Below are positions 10,302-21,075 of a stretch of 64,000 nucleotides of DNA, in pieces (within the stretch, counting starts at the first letter, position 1; every line of letters starts with the position of its first letter). The DNA is from Botryllus schlosseri (Eukaryota). Both the position numbers and the translations under genes were made by a program. Location: positions 23,810,001 through 23,874,000 of the forward strand of contig CM119371.1 of the NCBI GenBank assembly GCA_051294905.1. The letters are read 5' to 3'. Under the pieces are notes generated by a model. That model was not told the DNA's origin and searched no databases. It saw only the letters and a program-made list of their open reading frames with translations.

Positions 10302-10646
10302 GTGGCAAATATCCGAATGAGAGATTCGAAAGTTGAAGCTGGTTTCATATGAGCAGCAGTTGAACATGGGCCGGCCGACCCCAAGGAACATACGAACGCA
10401 GTCGCTCGGGGCATTGCTCGTCTTCGCCCACGCAGCGGCTCAGCGGGAATCAATAGTTAATATTCCCGAGTCTCGACGCGGAGATTGCCGCTTCGGCGCG
10501 CACTGCATCAACGCAACTGAGCCCGGAGAAGCTGGTGTGAGTCCCGGCGAGTGAGCGTTTTCTGTTCTTGGTAAGGGGCGGAAACCCGGCCTAGGTGAAC
10601 TCTAAGTGAAGAAATCCAACTGAACACGGATAAACGGTGGGAGTAA
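10302..10646 (+). pseudogene. Diverged 28S rRNA-derived fragments carried in element E
   Basis: GTGGCAAATATCCGAATGAGA...CAGCAGTTGAACATGGG...CCCGGAGAAGCTGG (28S D7 region) joined to AAGTGAAGAAATCCAA...TAAACGGTGGGAGTAA (conserved core upstream of the R2 site); compared with remembered 28S consensus. Confidence 0.8.
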
Positions 10647-11844
10647 GTGGTAACCCGTCGGTCGTCGAAATAATCAGTAGACACTACACAAGAAGTAGCT
10701 TTTTGTTTCAAAACGGTTGGTGACCCCTGCTCCAGTAGATAGCTGGGTTTGAAATGCATACCTCTTCCCCCAATGAAAAAATGCATAGGCTATTGGGAAC
10801 AGGCCTTTCGGAGCCGGTCATTACAGCGCCACGATTCCACATCAAACCAAAAGACTTGTGCATGTGCAGTTTCGGCCAACACGCAACTGCATGGGATGCG
10901 ATACCAAAGAAATACCTTGGCCGAAACTTACGGTATTCGTCCATTGTCAATAGCCGCGCTGGGTGGGCGTGACTAATAACTCCTGTCCTTCCAATCTGGA
11001 CCCACAATGCAAATCCCACCCGGCGCATCCACAAAGGAATAAAGCCATGACAATTTGTGTGTGCGTCTCACGAAAGATATTCTTTTAGTCTGCTACGTTT
11101 GGGCGAGTACAATATCTTTTGATTATACAACAGACTGGAGGTCGCGAATTAACAACATACAATAAAGTAATTATAACAACATACCAGATGCTATAATTAT
11201 GAATTGCGTGCCCCAGATCTACAGGTAAATCTTACACTCGGGACTGAGAGAGGTTATAAATGAATAGTAATATAATGCAAGTACCAATATTATTGACGAA
11301 ATGCAGTTTTGAAAATTGACCAACGGTTGGACTGGGGGACGAATTGCAGTTTTGGTTCTGATTCTAGCTACAACCCACGCGGATGTAATGGCGCCAGGTC
11401 CAAATGCTGAGTAACGAACTGTGAAATAACGATTGATGCCCGTTTCAAGTAGTTATATGAGAATAAGACAGTGAACATAAAATTTCTGCCTTCAACTTAA
11501 TAGCCTACATATACTGCGAGCTGCTGTTACGAGAAACGGCTAAGCACGGCTCGGTTATGATATATATCAGCAGCTGTTTATTTGTAATGCTTCGTTGTGG
11601 AAACTGCAATGTTTTATTCGACGAGTACAAAATTCCGAATCTTCGTCAGATGCACGTGCGTACGTAGGCCTCCTGCTCGCCACGCAGCAACGGTAAACTG
11701 CGTTTAACTAAGCACAACCAAACATCAATACATAAGTTACTATTAGAAACTATAGGCAGAGTGGGTGATCAATATCCTGTTGCGAGGTAGCGCTTCTGTA
11801 GTGTATTGATAACCTGATATACACCACGGGGACGTTGTTACAAT

Positions 11845-13104
11845 TAGGGTTGGGACTTCGGGATCAAATTTGAAATCCCGGGATCGGGATTTTCCCGGGA
11901 TTCTCGCTTCTCAATCCCGGGATTTCCCGGGATTGGAAAAGTATTGAAATACACTAACAAGCTACACAATAGGGCTGTTCAAAAATAACCTTTTTTCCTG
12001 AATCTTGCTGGGTACGTTATAAAATCGTTAAGTTGCCTTAAAAAACGACGCACACCAAATTTGAATTCATTCCAACCAATATTCGCGGGTTTCGTAGAGT
12101 TTGAAAATTTTGAATTAAAAAAAAAAAATTTCAAATTTTTCTGCCAACCCCATGCAATTGTTGGGCTGTCTTCAAAAACTATGCAAAACAAATTTGACTC
12201 AATTACAAGTAGGGTTGGGACTTCGGGATCAAATTTGAAATCCCGGGATCGGGATTTCCCGGGATTTTCGCTCCTCAATCGCGGGACTCCCCGAGATTAG
12301 AAAAGTAGTAAAATAGACATACAAGTTACACAAATAACATTTAGTCCTTGTGATATTGAATTGACGCAAAACATAAGAGCATCAAGAGTATCATCGTTTA
12401 GATCAGGGGTCCGAAACTCCAATTTTATCGCGGGCCAATTTCGTAGTTTTTGATGACGCGGCGGGCAGCAGCATCAAATAGGGGTATAATATGTATTTCC
12501 CAGTACGCCTTTTTTGTCGGACCTTGCAGATTGGCATTCCATACACATTGTGAAAATGTAATACAATATTGTAATATTCACGGTTGCCACGAAAAAGTCA
12601 TATTTTTCAATATTTTTTAAAAAATATTGTTGTGCTTGGCATAATTTGGCGACAGAAAGGAGTTATATAGACAGTTAGAAACCATGCGAGACGACAAATG
12701 CATCGTGTCATCGTAAAAGCTGTCGCATTATAATTTAGCAGCTAGTGGACGTTTGATGTGTGATAGCGATTCAGGTTTTTGGAGTGGTTTCAGAATGAAA
12801 TTTCAAGTTCTCAAATCCGAAATCTGAAATTTTCGAGTTTAATATTGTAGAATGCTTGAAAAGTCAAAACGCCGACGTGGGCCGCAAAAACAGTTCTGGC
12901 GGGCCGCGTGTTTGAGGCCACTGTTCTAGACAATCAGCCGAGTTTGTGACACTGCTTTATTACCAAAATAAGAGATATGGCGCTACATAAGCCTTGGTAG
13001 ATGCTGATCACAAATCCCGGGATTTCATCGGGACCAATCCCGGGATCGGGATTGCTTCAAATCCCGGGATCCCGGGATCGGGATTTCCCGGGGTCCCAAC
13101 GCTA
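11845..13104. mobile_element. hAT MITE family F (ATCCCGGGAT palindromic repeats); nest level 6
   Basis: TIRs TAGGGTTGGGAC / GTCCCAACGCTA; TSD GTTACAAT; left end duplicated at ~12210. Confidence 0.85.
12404..12923. mobile_element. hAT MITE related to family D; nest level 7
   Basis: CAGGGGTCCGAAAC...GTTTGAGGCCACTG; body homologous to 9436-9730 and 13487 onward; TSD degenerate (GTTTAGAT/TTCTAGAC). Confidence 0.75.
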
Positions 13105-15172
13105 GTTACAATCACACTGCAATGTCCATCGCATGTCTGTTTACTATGTGTGGATACTTCTTACGCAATGACGAGCGGAGCTAATACTTCTGACGCAACA
13201 ATGAGTAGTGGCGTTTGAAAACAGACGTTTGTGCTATCGCTAACGTGGTATATTATCTCATTCTTGTTCACGAATATTCAGTTTATGTCATAGTCCTTGT
13301 ACAAACAAAAAGTAATCGTTCTTTCACAAAAAAATCGATTAGATATGGGAAGTAGTCGATTACGATTACGATTACTTCGGATTTTTTTCGAATGTAATCG
13401 ATTGCGATTACGATTACTTCAAAATGCTGTAATCGTCGTAATCGATTACGATTACTAATCGCGATTACCCCATGTCTGATGGGAACATCGTAAAAGCTGT
13501 CGCGTTATAATTTTGCAGCTAGCGGACATTTGACGTGCCGCAATTATAGGTAGAATTTTAGAATTTTACAAAGATTGATCTGATACCGAGCATTGGAGCA
13601 GTACAGCCAAAACCGGGTTTCGGGTATACTCCTGATAAATAGGCTATTGGTGACATCATTACCAAAGTCAAATTAAATCATCGTTATTACCTTCGAATAT
13701 TTGAACGGATCAATAAAAACTTGAATCTGCTGATTACTGTGCCATTGCAATAGATGTGTTCAATCGCCGAAGAATCCTTTTATGATACAGCTGTGAATTA
13801 TAGGTTGCGAATGCTATACTCTCCACATTTAATTGGCGATAATAACATGTATAAAGATACCCAAGATGACACAGGATGTAACCAACTATACATCAAGAGT
13901 GCAACATAATGTCAATTGTTGCCATACCTACCTGCTTAGATATCTAAAAAGCTACGAAACTTAAGATACGACCTTTTGATATTTTACTATTTTCCATACC
14001 AGTTTGATAGTTTGCTGCGTCCGTGGTTGTCCATAGTCACGGCGTTCCGCTTCACAAAGGTCCTTCTCTGATTGTACCTTTTGACGCGACTTTACTAGAG
14101 TCAGTTTTATTTTATCACCCATTAAGTTCGGATGATTCTACAAAAGGTCGCGCCCAAGTCCAAATCACAATTTTCAGTAGAAATCATCAACGGGCCATGT
14201 TTAACCATAATAAACAAGATGATGTCACGTAATAGTTAACCTTCTACTGCGTCGTAACTTTTGAAAGTTATGTAATAAGGAAGTTTGATGAGTAGTTTCG
14301 GGCTTCTGGAGTAGTTTTAGAGCGAATTTTAAGTTCTCAAATTAAAAGAAAATGGTAGTTACATATTGTCGAATACTTCGAAATCCCAAATGCCATCGCG
14401 GGCCTCACAAAACAGTCTCGCGGGCCGCATGCGGCCCACGGGCCGCGTGTTGGAGACCTCTGTACTAAACTAACGACGCACACGATTTCAAATTGGTATT
14501 TCTTCACGGGCATACAATTTTCCCTGCGGAATGGTATTTGTCTTCTGAGGTTCGGATTGCCAAGACAGGAACATTCGGCGCCAATCATTTAGGCGCCTAT
14601 GGACAATTAAACCTATATGCATTTTGCATTTATAACGAAGTTTTCGGTCAGCGTAAGCGGACAGTCCTTTTTGGCCCAGGTTTTCTCGCTGCCGATCGTA
14701 CTGGCACACTTCTTGGAGTCGCATGTTACATGTTCTAAAACCTTAAATGTCTCGGCGATATGTCAATTTCGATAAAACTTGCGTATTTTGTCTTGGGGGA
14801 AGAGTAGACTACCAAATAAGTAAGAAAAGTTGGCAACATGAAATCGCGCGCAGCGCGAAAAATTTTTGAAAAAGTTGCATAAATTTTTGAAAAATACTTT
14901 ATAATTTATGCTAATTCGCGAGATAATTTTGGGCCTCCTTCGAGCTCGGGTCCCCCCAATTGGGGGGTTTGGGTGCGGCACTTACGGTCCTGGTAATTGA
15001 AGGTTTCACCATTTTCGTTCACTCATCATCCTGACGAACGCGGAGGTACTGCACTGCCTCACTTGCCTTCTCTGATCCGACGTCACTGATGTATCATAGC
15101 TTAGAGTAGGTAGGTAATTAGCCATATATACTGCTGTAGTGACCATGCTCGGCTCCGCGTATGCATGTGATC

Positions 15173-16758
15173 CAGTGTTGGGATGACTCGAGTCAGACTC
15201 GAGTCACCTTTTTCGTATGACTTGACTTGACTCGAGTCACTTAGCTAAAATGACTTGACTTGACTTGATTCGGCGTATCAGAAATGTGGATTGACTCGTG
15301 ACTCGGAGCAAAATTCACGAGTCAATTTCAAGTCGTCAAGTAATCGCTGACGATAAAAATCACTGTATCTTGCATATCTTCGGATTGTTCGCGAAACGCT
15401 GGTTAATCCCGTGATAGTGACCAATCATTCAATAATCGTGCGTTTCACCTCCATTGTTCTTTCATAAAAAAATGGACCGCAAACGAAGTGATCGAAGCTT
15501 ACAGCTTACTTTGTTGCAAACTAGTAGTAAAGTGATTTACAAAAGGTCTATTTCCGTTCTATTATCTTACCTTAACATAACCCCTTGTTTTATTGAAATT
15601 GAAGTCGAATATGGTTTATATAGTCCTCAACAATTTGTACAATGTACAGGCATGAATTGTATCATATCAATTTGTAAATGGGTAATTCACTGCATCTTAT
15701 CCATTCGTTTCTCTATTCTCTATTTTGACTGGTAACTATAAACTGAGGCTATGTAATTACTTCCATATAGCTTTCAATACAACATCCATTGTAGCAGTAT
15801 ATTTATTAAACTCGAAGACTTTTCGGGTGCCTCTTTTCAAGAGTTATCGGCACACTAAAGGGATTTAAACAGATTTAAAAGCAAAACCAAAAAGACAAAG
15901 TATGACGCAACAATCAAAATCACAGACCATGAAATTCGCATCGTATCAATGGCAACAATAACAAACTACGAAGTATACGGACATACGGTACTATAGTAGC
16001 AGCACAATTTGTAAATAAACAATTACACGCACGGAACAACACGCACTAATGAGAAATTTGTAGGTTATAGAGGAAATCTTTCTGTCTGCATAAAATAGGT
16101 TTGCTCAACTGAATAATAGTAGACTCCAACACTTTTAAATGAAACACAGACCTACCACGCGCAATGACAGTGAACATATTGTCATCATAGTGCTGTGCAC
16201 AGACAACGTTTTCGCTCAGATGCTGACCGATTGACGAAGCATATGCTTGGTAATCATCATAGCAGTCTGTTTTTGCAGCCAATTTGCACTGACGTGTGAG
16301 CTCCGTGTTTAATAAATATACTGCTACAATGGATGTTGTATTGAAAGCTATATTCAAGTTCTGTAGCACGAACCAGCTATTTAAGTAATTACTTCCGTAG
16401 TTTAGCAGTTCTACGTATAAGTAAGCGATACAGCGCCTTCTTGCGTGTATATTTAATTCTATATTCGTTCATCGGTTCGGAAAGTATGGCCACTCAATCT
16501 GTTTTTTAGTCAGCTAGCAAAATGCAATGACGTAATCATGCCACATACTTCGAAAAGTCAACTTGACTTGAATTGTGATTTGACTTGTGACTTGACTTGA
16601 CTTGACTCGACTTGACTCGAGTCACCTCCCAAAATCGAGTGACTTGACTTGACTCGAGTCACCTTCGAAAATCGATTGACTTGACTTGACTCGAGTCAAA
16701 ATGTGCAATGACTCGAAATGACTCGTGACTCGAAGGTAGTGACTTGATCCCAACACTG
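15173..16758 (+). mobile_element. hAT MITE family H ((GACTT)n GACTCGAGTC arrays), copy 1
   Basis: TIR CAGTGTTGGGAT; TSD ATGTGATC. Confidence 0.9.
15765..16384 (-). mobile_element. 5'-truncated Penelope-like retroelement (GIY-YIG C-terminus plus pseudo-LTR with inverted partial copy)
   Basis: SSIGQHLSEN...FTVIARGRSVFHLKVLESTIIQLSKPILCRQK; 15765-15811 inverted at 16307-16353; 12-bp TSD GTAATTACTTCC; absent from the sister MITE at 19636. Confidence 0.85.
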
Positions 16759-17343
16759 ATGTGATCACCGGTTCTCCCGTTTAAAAGGTTCATCACCACG
16801 AACCTACGTTCTCGTAACTCAAGTTTCGCGTGCTTAAATAAGGCAACCAGCATGATTAGAACGAGTTTTTAAAGAGACGTGGTGCACACGACGAATCCAA
16901 TGTAATGAGTTGGAATTAGTGCTATCGCGACGTCACGAATTGTCGATTGTGACGTAACAGTTGATTGAAATGTATGGCTCTTTGAGAGTTATAAGGTAAA
17001 AAATAAGGCCGATATGGCTCTTCGGACAAAAAAGGTTCCCGACCCCTGTTTTAGAGTAATACCAGTTCATATAGCAAGATGTCAAATGTCTATGTTTGGT
17101 TATCGAATTGATGAATTCTTTCTATCGACCTATAATCTAAACTCACTTCTGGTTACAACTATATACAACTATATCCGTATGGAAATTTACAACTATCCGA
17201 CAATATCCGAAAAAAATCCGTGATCAAATCCGAATCCTATACGACTGCCACAGAATTGTCCAATATCCAGTCCCATGCTCAAGCCTACACCGCTGTAGAT
17301 CTCATGCGGCTAGTGCTACAATGCTATACAATTTTTTTGTCAG

Positions 17344-17511
17344 GTTTATAATATAACAGTTGAAGATAAAGGCATGACTTATGATAAAATTGATGCGTAT
17401 TTCGAGATTTTCCGGCACTGCAAATCCAAGGCTCTGGGTCTATGTAAATGTGATCTCACCGAAAGAGATTTTGACATGATTTTGCGATGTTGCCGTAGCA
17501 AAGGTCTTGAG
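17344..17511 (+). CDS. 168-nt phase-0 exon encoding a 56-aa RI-like LRR unit (NLR-type gene)
   Basis: TTTTTTTGTCAG| ... |GTAAGG; VYNITVEDKGMTYDKIDAYFEIFRHCKSKALGLCKCDLTERDFDMILRCCRSKGLE; same size, phase and pattern as the exons at 46.8-51.2 kb. Confidence 0.75.
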
Positions 17512-18471
17512 GTAAGGAATACAGTATGCAATAGATTATATTTGCTATATGAGCGGGCATATCGGTGCACAGAAAGTCATGCATGACTTTTGTATATATT
17601 TTTGAATCCGAAATCTCGGACATCTGTAATTTGAGGATTTTCAAAATCAATTGTCTGATATGTCACGACAAGAATTATTAATTTATCACCACAACACACA
17701 ATGGTGCTCGTCGCCTTTTCAGGCCACGTGCACGGCGACACGAATTTAACCTATGCATTTGGGTGGGGATCACTGGTGACTCAAGTTAAAGTTCATCTAT
17801 CAATTCCTGAAATATTATATGTCGTAGCAGGATGCTTGTGGTTTCTAAACAAATCCATATATATTTTGATTTATATGATACCTAATTTGAAGGTAAGGCA
17901 TGACAATTTTCGAGTACCGACAAATCTTTCATGAGGAGTTCGGCCGAAAATACGCATGCCGAAAAAGTGGGTATCACCTAAAATTTCAAGATATTTTCCG
18001 TGTTGGAAATATTTTCGGAAACTCTGCCAGAACATCAGAAGTCGACTTGTACGGTATTATGTGTCATTTTTTCACCGTTTCGAACATCAAACATCGTTCT
18101 GTGGAGTTTTCTGAGGGAAGGGGGTGTTTGTTAATTATGGTCACGATTCGTTGATTGTCAAGAACATAGTCACGTTCAAGTCGAAGTTCGTGACGGAATT
18201 TAGTCATTAACTGGTTTACTATGCTTGCAAATGGCTGTATATGACAAGAGAAAGTATACAACGTTGTCGCATGCCATTAACTAGGCGGTGCAGGTCCAAT
18301 TCGATATTGATCTTGAACTTGACCATTATGACCACTCACTGACAACGCCCATATGTAAATTTTTCATGTAATTTAGATTTTTCGACATCTGGCGAACCGC
18401 GTGGTTTACTGCCATGGTTGACGGCTTGTTCGAAACCAGGCAACGTTGGCAACGCTCTAACGTATCATTTT

Positions 18472-18732
18472 CAGAGGTGGTCAGTAACGAAGTACTTCTA
18501 CTTTTTGAAGTGATTGAAGTAGATTTTGCCTACTCAAACTACTTTTTAAGTAGTTATGATTTTAGACTACTTCCACCTCTACTTGACAGTTTTCAGTTTC
18601 TAGGCAAAAATAAGCGTAGAATGCCTACTTACTTACTTCTGAACCACCACTCCTACTTCTACTTGAGTAGAAATTCCGGCGTCACTTCTACTTCTACTTG
18701 AGTAGCCACGGTGACTACTTTGACCACCTCCG
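18472..18732. mobile_element. hAT MITE with (TACT/AGTA) repeats
   Basis: CAGAGGTGGTCA / TGACCACCTCCG; TSD ATCATTTT. Confidence 0.85.
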
Positions 18733-19092
18733 ATCATTTTGTTACTCTCTAACGCTATCCTGGTAGTCAATCTTGAAAAATGAGAGAGAGAAAGAGATTT
18801 TTCAGAGAAAAATTGTTTATTTAATCATATAAAAAACCCTAGACATGTCATGGGTGTCGATCGAGTGCGGAAACGGTAGAGGGATATACCCCGCCCACTT
18901 TTAAACTGAAACACCCCAGATTAAATTCTTGGTGAGGTCACGGTATAAATTTTAAAAGTGATGGTCAGTTCTGAATAAAGTGACCCCTCATCAAAATGGT
19001 TAATAATGTTTATAGGGTCCTCACCTTCGTATTCTTGTAGTCGTCTTTCAATTCTTCTTTCAGAAAATCTTTAGTCTCCTTCCCTCTCAATT

Positions 19093-21075
19093 TAGGGATG
19101 GTTTGAACCTTTGAAAGGTTCAGGTTCGTGTGAACGCAAACCTTTTTGGAAGGTTCTGTGTGACCGCGAACGTGAACCTCATGGCGTCACGTGACGTCAT
19201 ATTTCTAATTTCAACCTTACATTTCAGTGAAGTGATAGCCTATATATTGTTGTACAGTTGTACACGATACCTAGCGACGACTCGGGCCACATAATGTCAC
19301 AATGCCGAAGTACATACTGGACGTTTCAAACATCGCCAAATGTACCAACAGGGGGTATCAAATGATATGATAATCCCATAAAATCAATATCTTCCCTCGC
19401 TTTGCCAACAATTTTGATGAGGACTTGCAAGGGAATATATAGGCTTACGCCTTAACGGTCTAGGCCAGACCGGACAATGTATTCGGGGTTCAAGTATTGC
19501 TACGTTGATATTGAGCAGAGTATAAAACGGGTATCTATACTTGCTACCGATATTACCCCATTAACAAGTTATACAGCGGTATACAACACCCCAATCGCAC
19601 GCATGTGATTTTTATGACACAATAGACATAAACACCAGTGTTGGGATGACTCGAGTCATGACTTGACTCGAGTCAGACTCGAGTCACCTTTTTCGTATGA
19701 CTTGACTTGACTCGAGTCACTTTGCTAAAATGACTTGACTTGACTTGACTCGGCGTATCAAAAATTTGGATTGACTCGTGACTCGGAGCCAAATTCACGA
19801 GTCAATTTCAAGTCATCAAGTAGTCGGTGTCGAAAAAAATCACTTTATTTCAGGTATGTGCGAAATGTTCACGAAACGCTGCTGTAACCCGCGAGAGCTA
19901 CCAATCCTTCAATGATTGTGCGTTTTACTGAGCCTCCGTTGTTTTCTCACCCTCACAAATATATTGACCGCAAACGAAGTCGAAGCTTACAGCTTACTTT
20001 GTCGTAAACTAGTATAGTAAAGTAATTTGATAGAAAAATGTATATTTCACTTCTCTGTTCTTACCTTAACCAAACCTCTTGTTTTATTGAAATTTAATTC
20101 GAATATATAGTTTACGTATAGTCCCCACCAATTGGCGCAGGCTCGAATTGTATCATATCAATTTGTAAGTAGGTAATGTATTGCATCCTATCAATTCGTT
20201 TCTCTATTCTCTATTTTGGATGGTGACTATAAACTGAGGGTATCCAATTACTTACGTAGTTTAGCAGTTCCACGTAGCCCATATGTGAGCGATACAGCGC
20301 CTTCTGGCGTGTATAGTTAACTCTATATTCGTTTCATCGGTAGAAAATCAATGACCACTCAACCTGTATTTCAGACAGCTAGCAAAATGCAATGACGTAA
20401 TCATGCTTCATACATGGAAAAGGCAACTTGACTTGAATTGTGACTTGACCCGTGACTTGACTTGACTTGACTTGAGTCGAGTCACCTCCAAAAATCGAGT
20501 GACTTGACTTGACTCGAGTCACCTTCGAAAATCGATTGACTTGACTTGACTCGAGTCAAAATGCGCCATGACTCGAAATGACTCGTGACTCGAAGGTAGT
20601 GACTTGATCCCAACACTGATAAACACATCAAATATAGATTGACCCGGTACGCCTGCTACATTTTTTACATCAGACAACGATATCAACTTTATTGAGTTGT
20701 TGACCTATTCGCTGACCTACATGTAGCGTATTTCGCTCTTAATGTTGTTTGATTGCAGCTGCAGGTCAAGCTCACAGCAGAGAGTCTCTAAATATTCGAG
20801 CAAACTTTTGTAACAAAACTAGTAAAATTTTTGGGATTATCAAGGTGAATGCTCGTTTAGTGTTTATTTTTGTTTTGCTGCCAGCGCCATGAAAATAGTG
20901 GCCCGCAGTTTAGATACAATAAATTTCAACCAAAGATGTTCTAATAAAGTAAAAATTGTAATATATAAAAAAAAGTTTCACAGTGCAGAACCTACCAAGG
21001 TTCGTTTGTGAACGTGAACGTCTAAAATTCAGAGGTTCACACACAGAACGCGAACGTGAAGTTCACACCATCCCT
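19093..21075. mobile_element. hAT-type MITE with GTGAAC/GTTCAC repeats, hosting an H-family copy
   Basis: TAGGGATGG...CCATCCCT ends; imperfect CTCTCA flanks. Confidence 0.7.
19636..20618 (+). mobile_element. hAT MITE family H, copy 2
   Basis: TIR CAGTGTTGGGAT; TSD ATAAACAC. Confidence 0.9.

Larger units (their letters stand above)
9739..13478 (+). mobile_element. 3.74-kb composite non-autonomous hAT element, family E, copy 1; nest level 5
   Basis: TIR CAGACATGGGGT; (GATTAC)n subterminal arrays; TSD ATGGGAAC; near-identical inverted copy at 37570-41309. Confidence 0.93.
9436..14462. mobile_element. Non-autonomous hAT (Charlie-type) element, family D; nest level 4
   Basis: TIRs CAGAGGTCTCAAAC / GTTGGAGACCTCTG; GCGGGCC subterminal motifs; TSD TACTAAAC. 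Confidence 0.88.
8666..14992. mobile_element. Non-autonomous hAT element, family C; nest level 3
   Basis: TIRs CAGGGCCGTAA / TTACGGTCCTG; TSD GTAATTGA. Confidence 0.85.
7896..17048. mobile_element. Non-autonomous hAT (Charlie-type) element, family B; nest level 2
   Basis: TIRs CAGTGGTCGGGAACC / GGTTCCCGACCCCTG; TSD TTTTAGAG. Confidence 0.88.
7233..17282. mobile_element. Non-autonomous hAT element, family A (ATCCGA subterminal repeats); outermost layer of the nest
   Basis: Left end CAGTGATGAGCGG, eroded right end; GCCTACAC on both flanks (7225-7232, 17283-17290); homologous to 22091-27162. Confidence 0.75.

Noticed and set aside
10302..10646. Functional rRNA gene
   Set aside because: Only two short, diverged, non-contiguous 28S pieces inside a transposon
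9905..11034. Cluster of short overlapping ORFs (duplicated at 40014-41143)
   Set aside because: By-products of GC-rich rRNA-derived cargo; no recognisable protein motifs
15173..20618. (GACTT)n, (GATTAC)n and ATCCCGGGAT arrays as satellites or telomere-like repeats
   Set aside because: They are confined to subterminal regions of TIR elements, as expected for transposase-binding repeats
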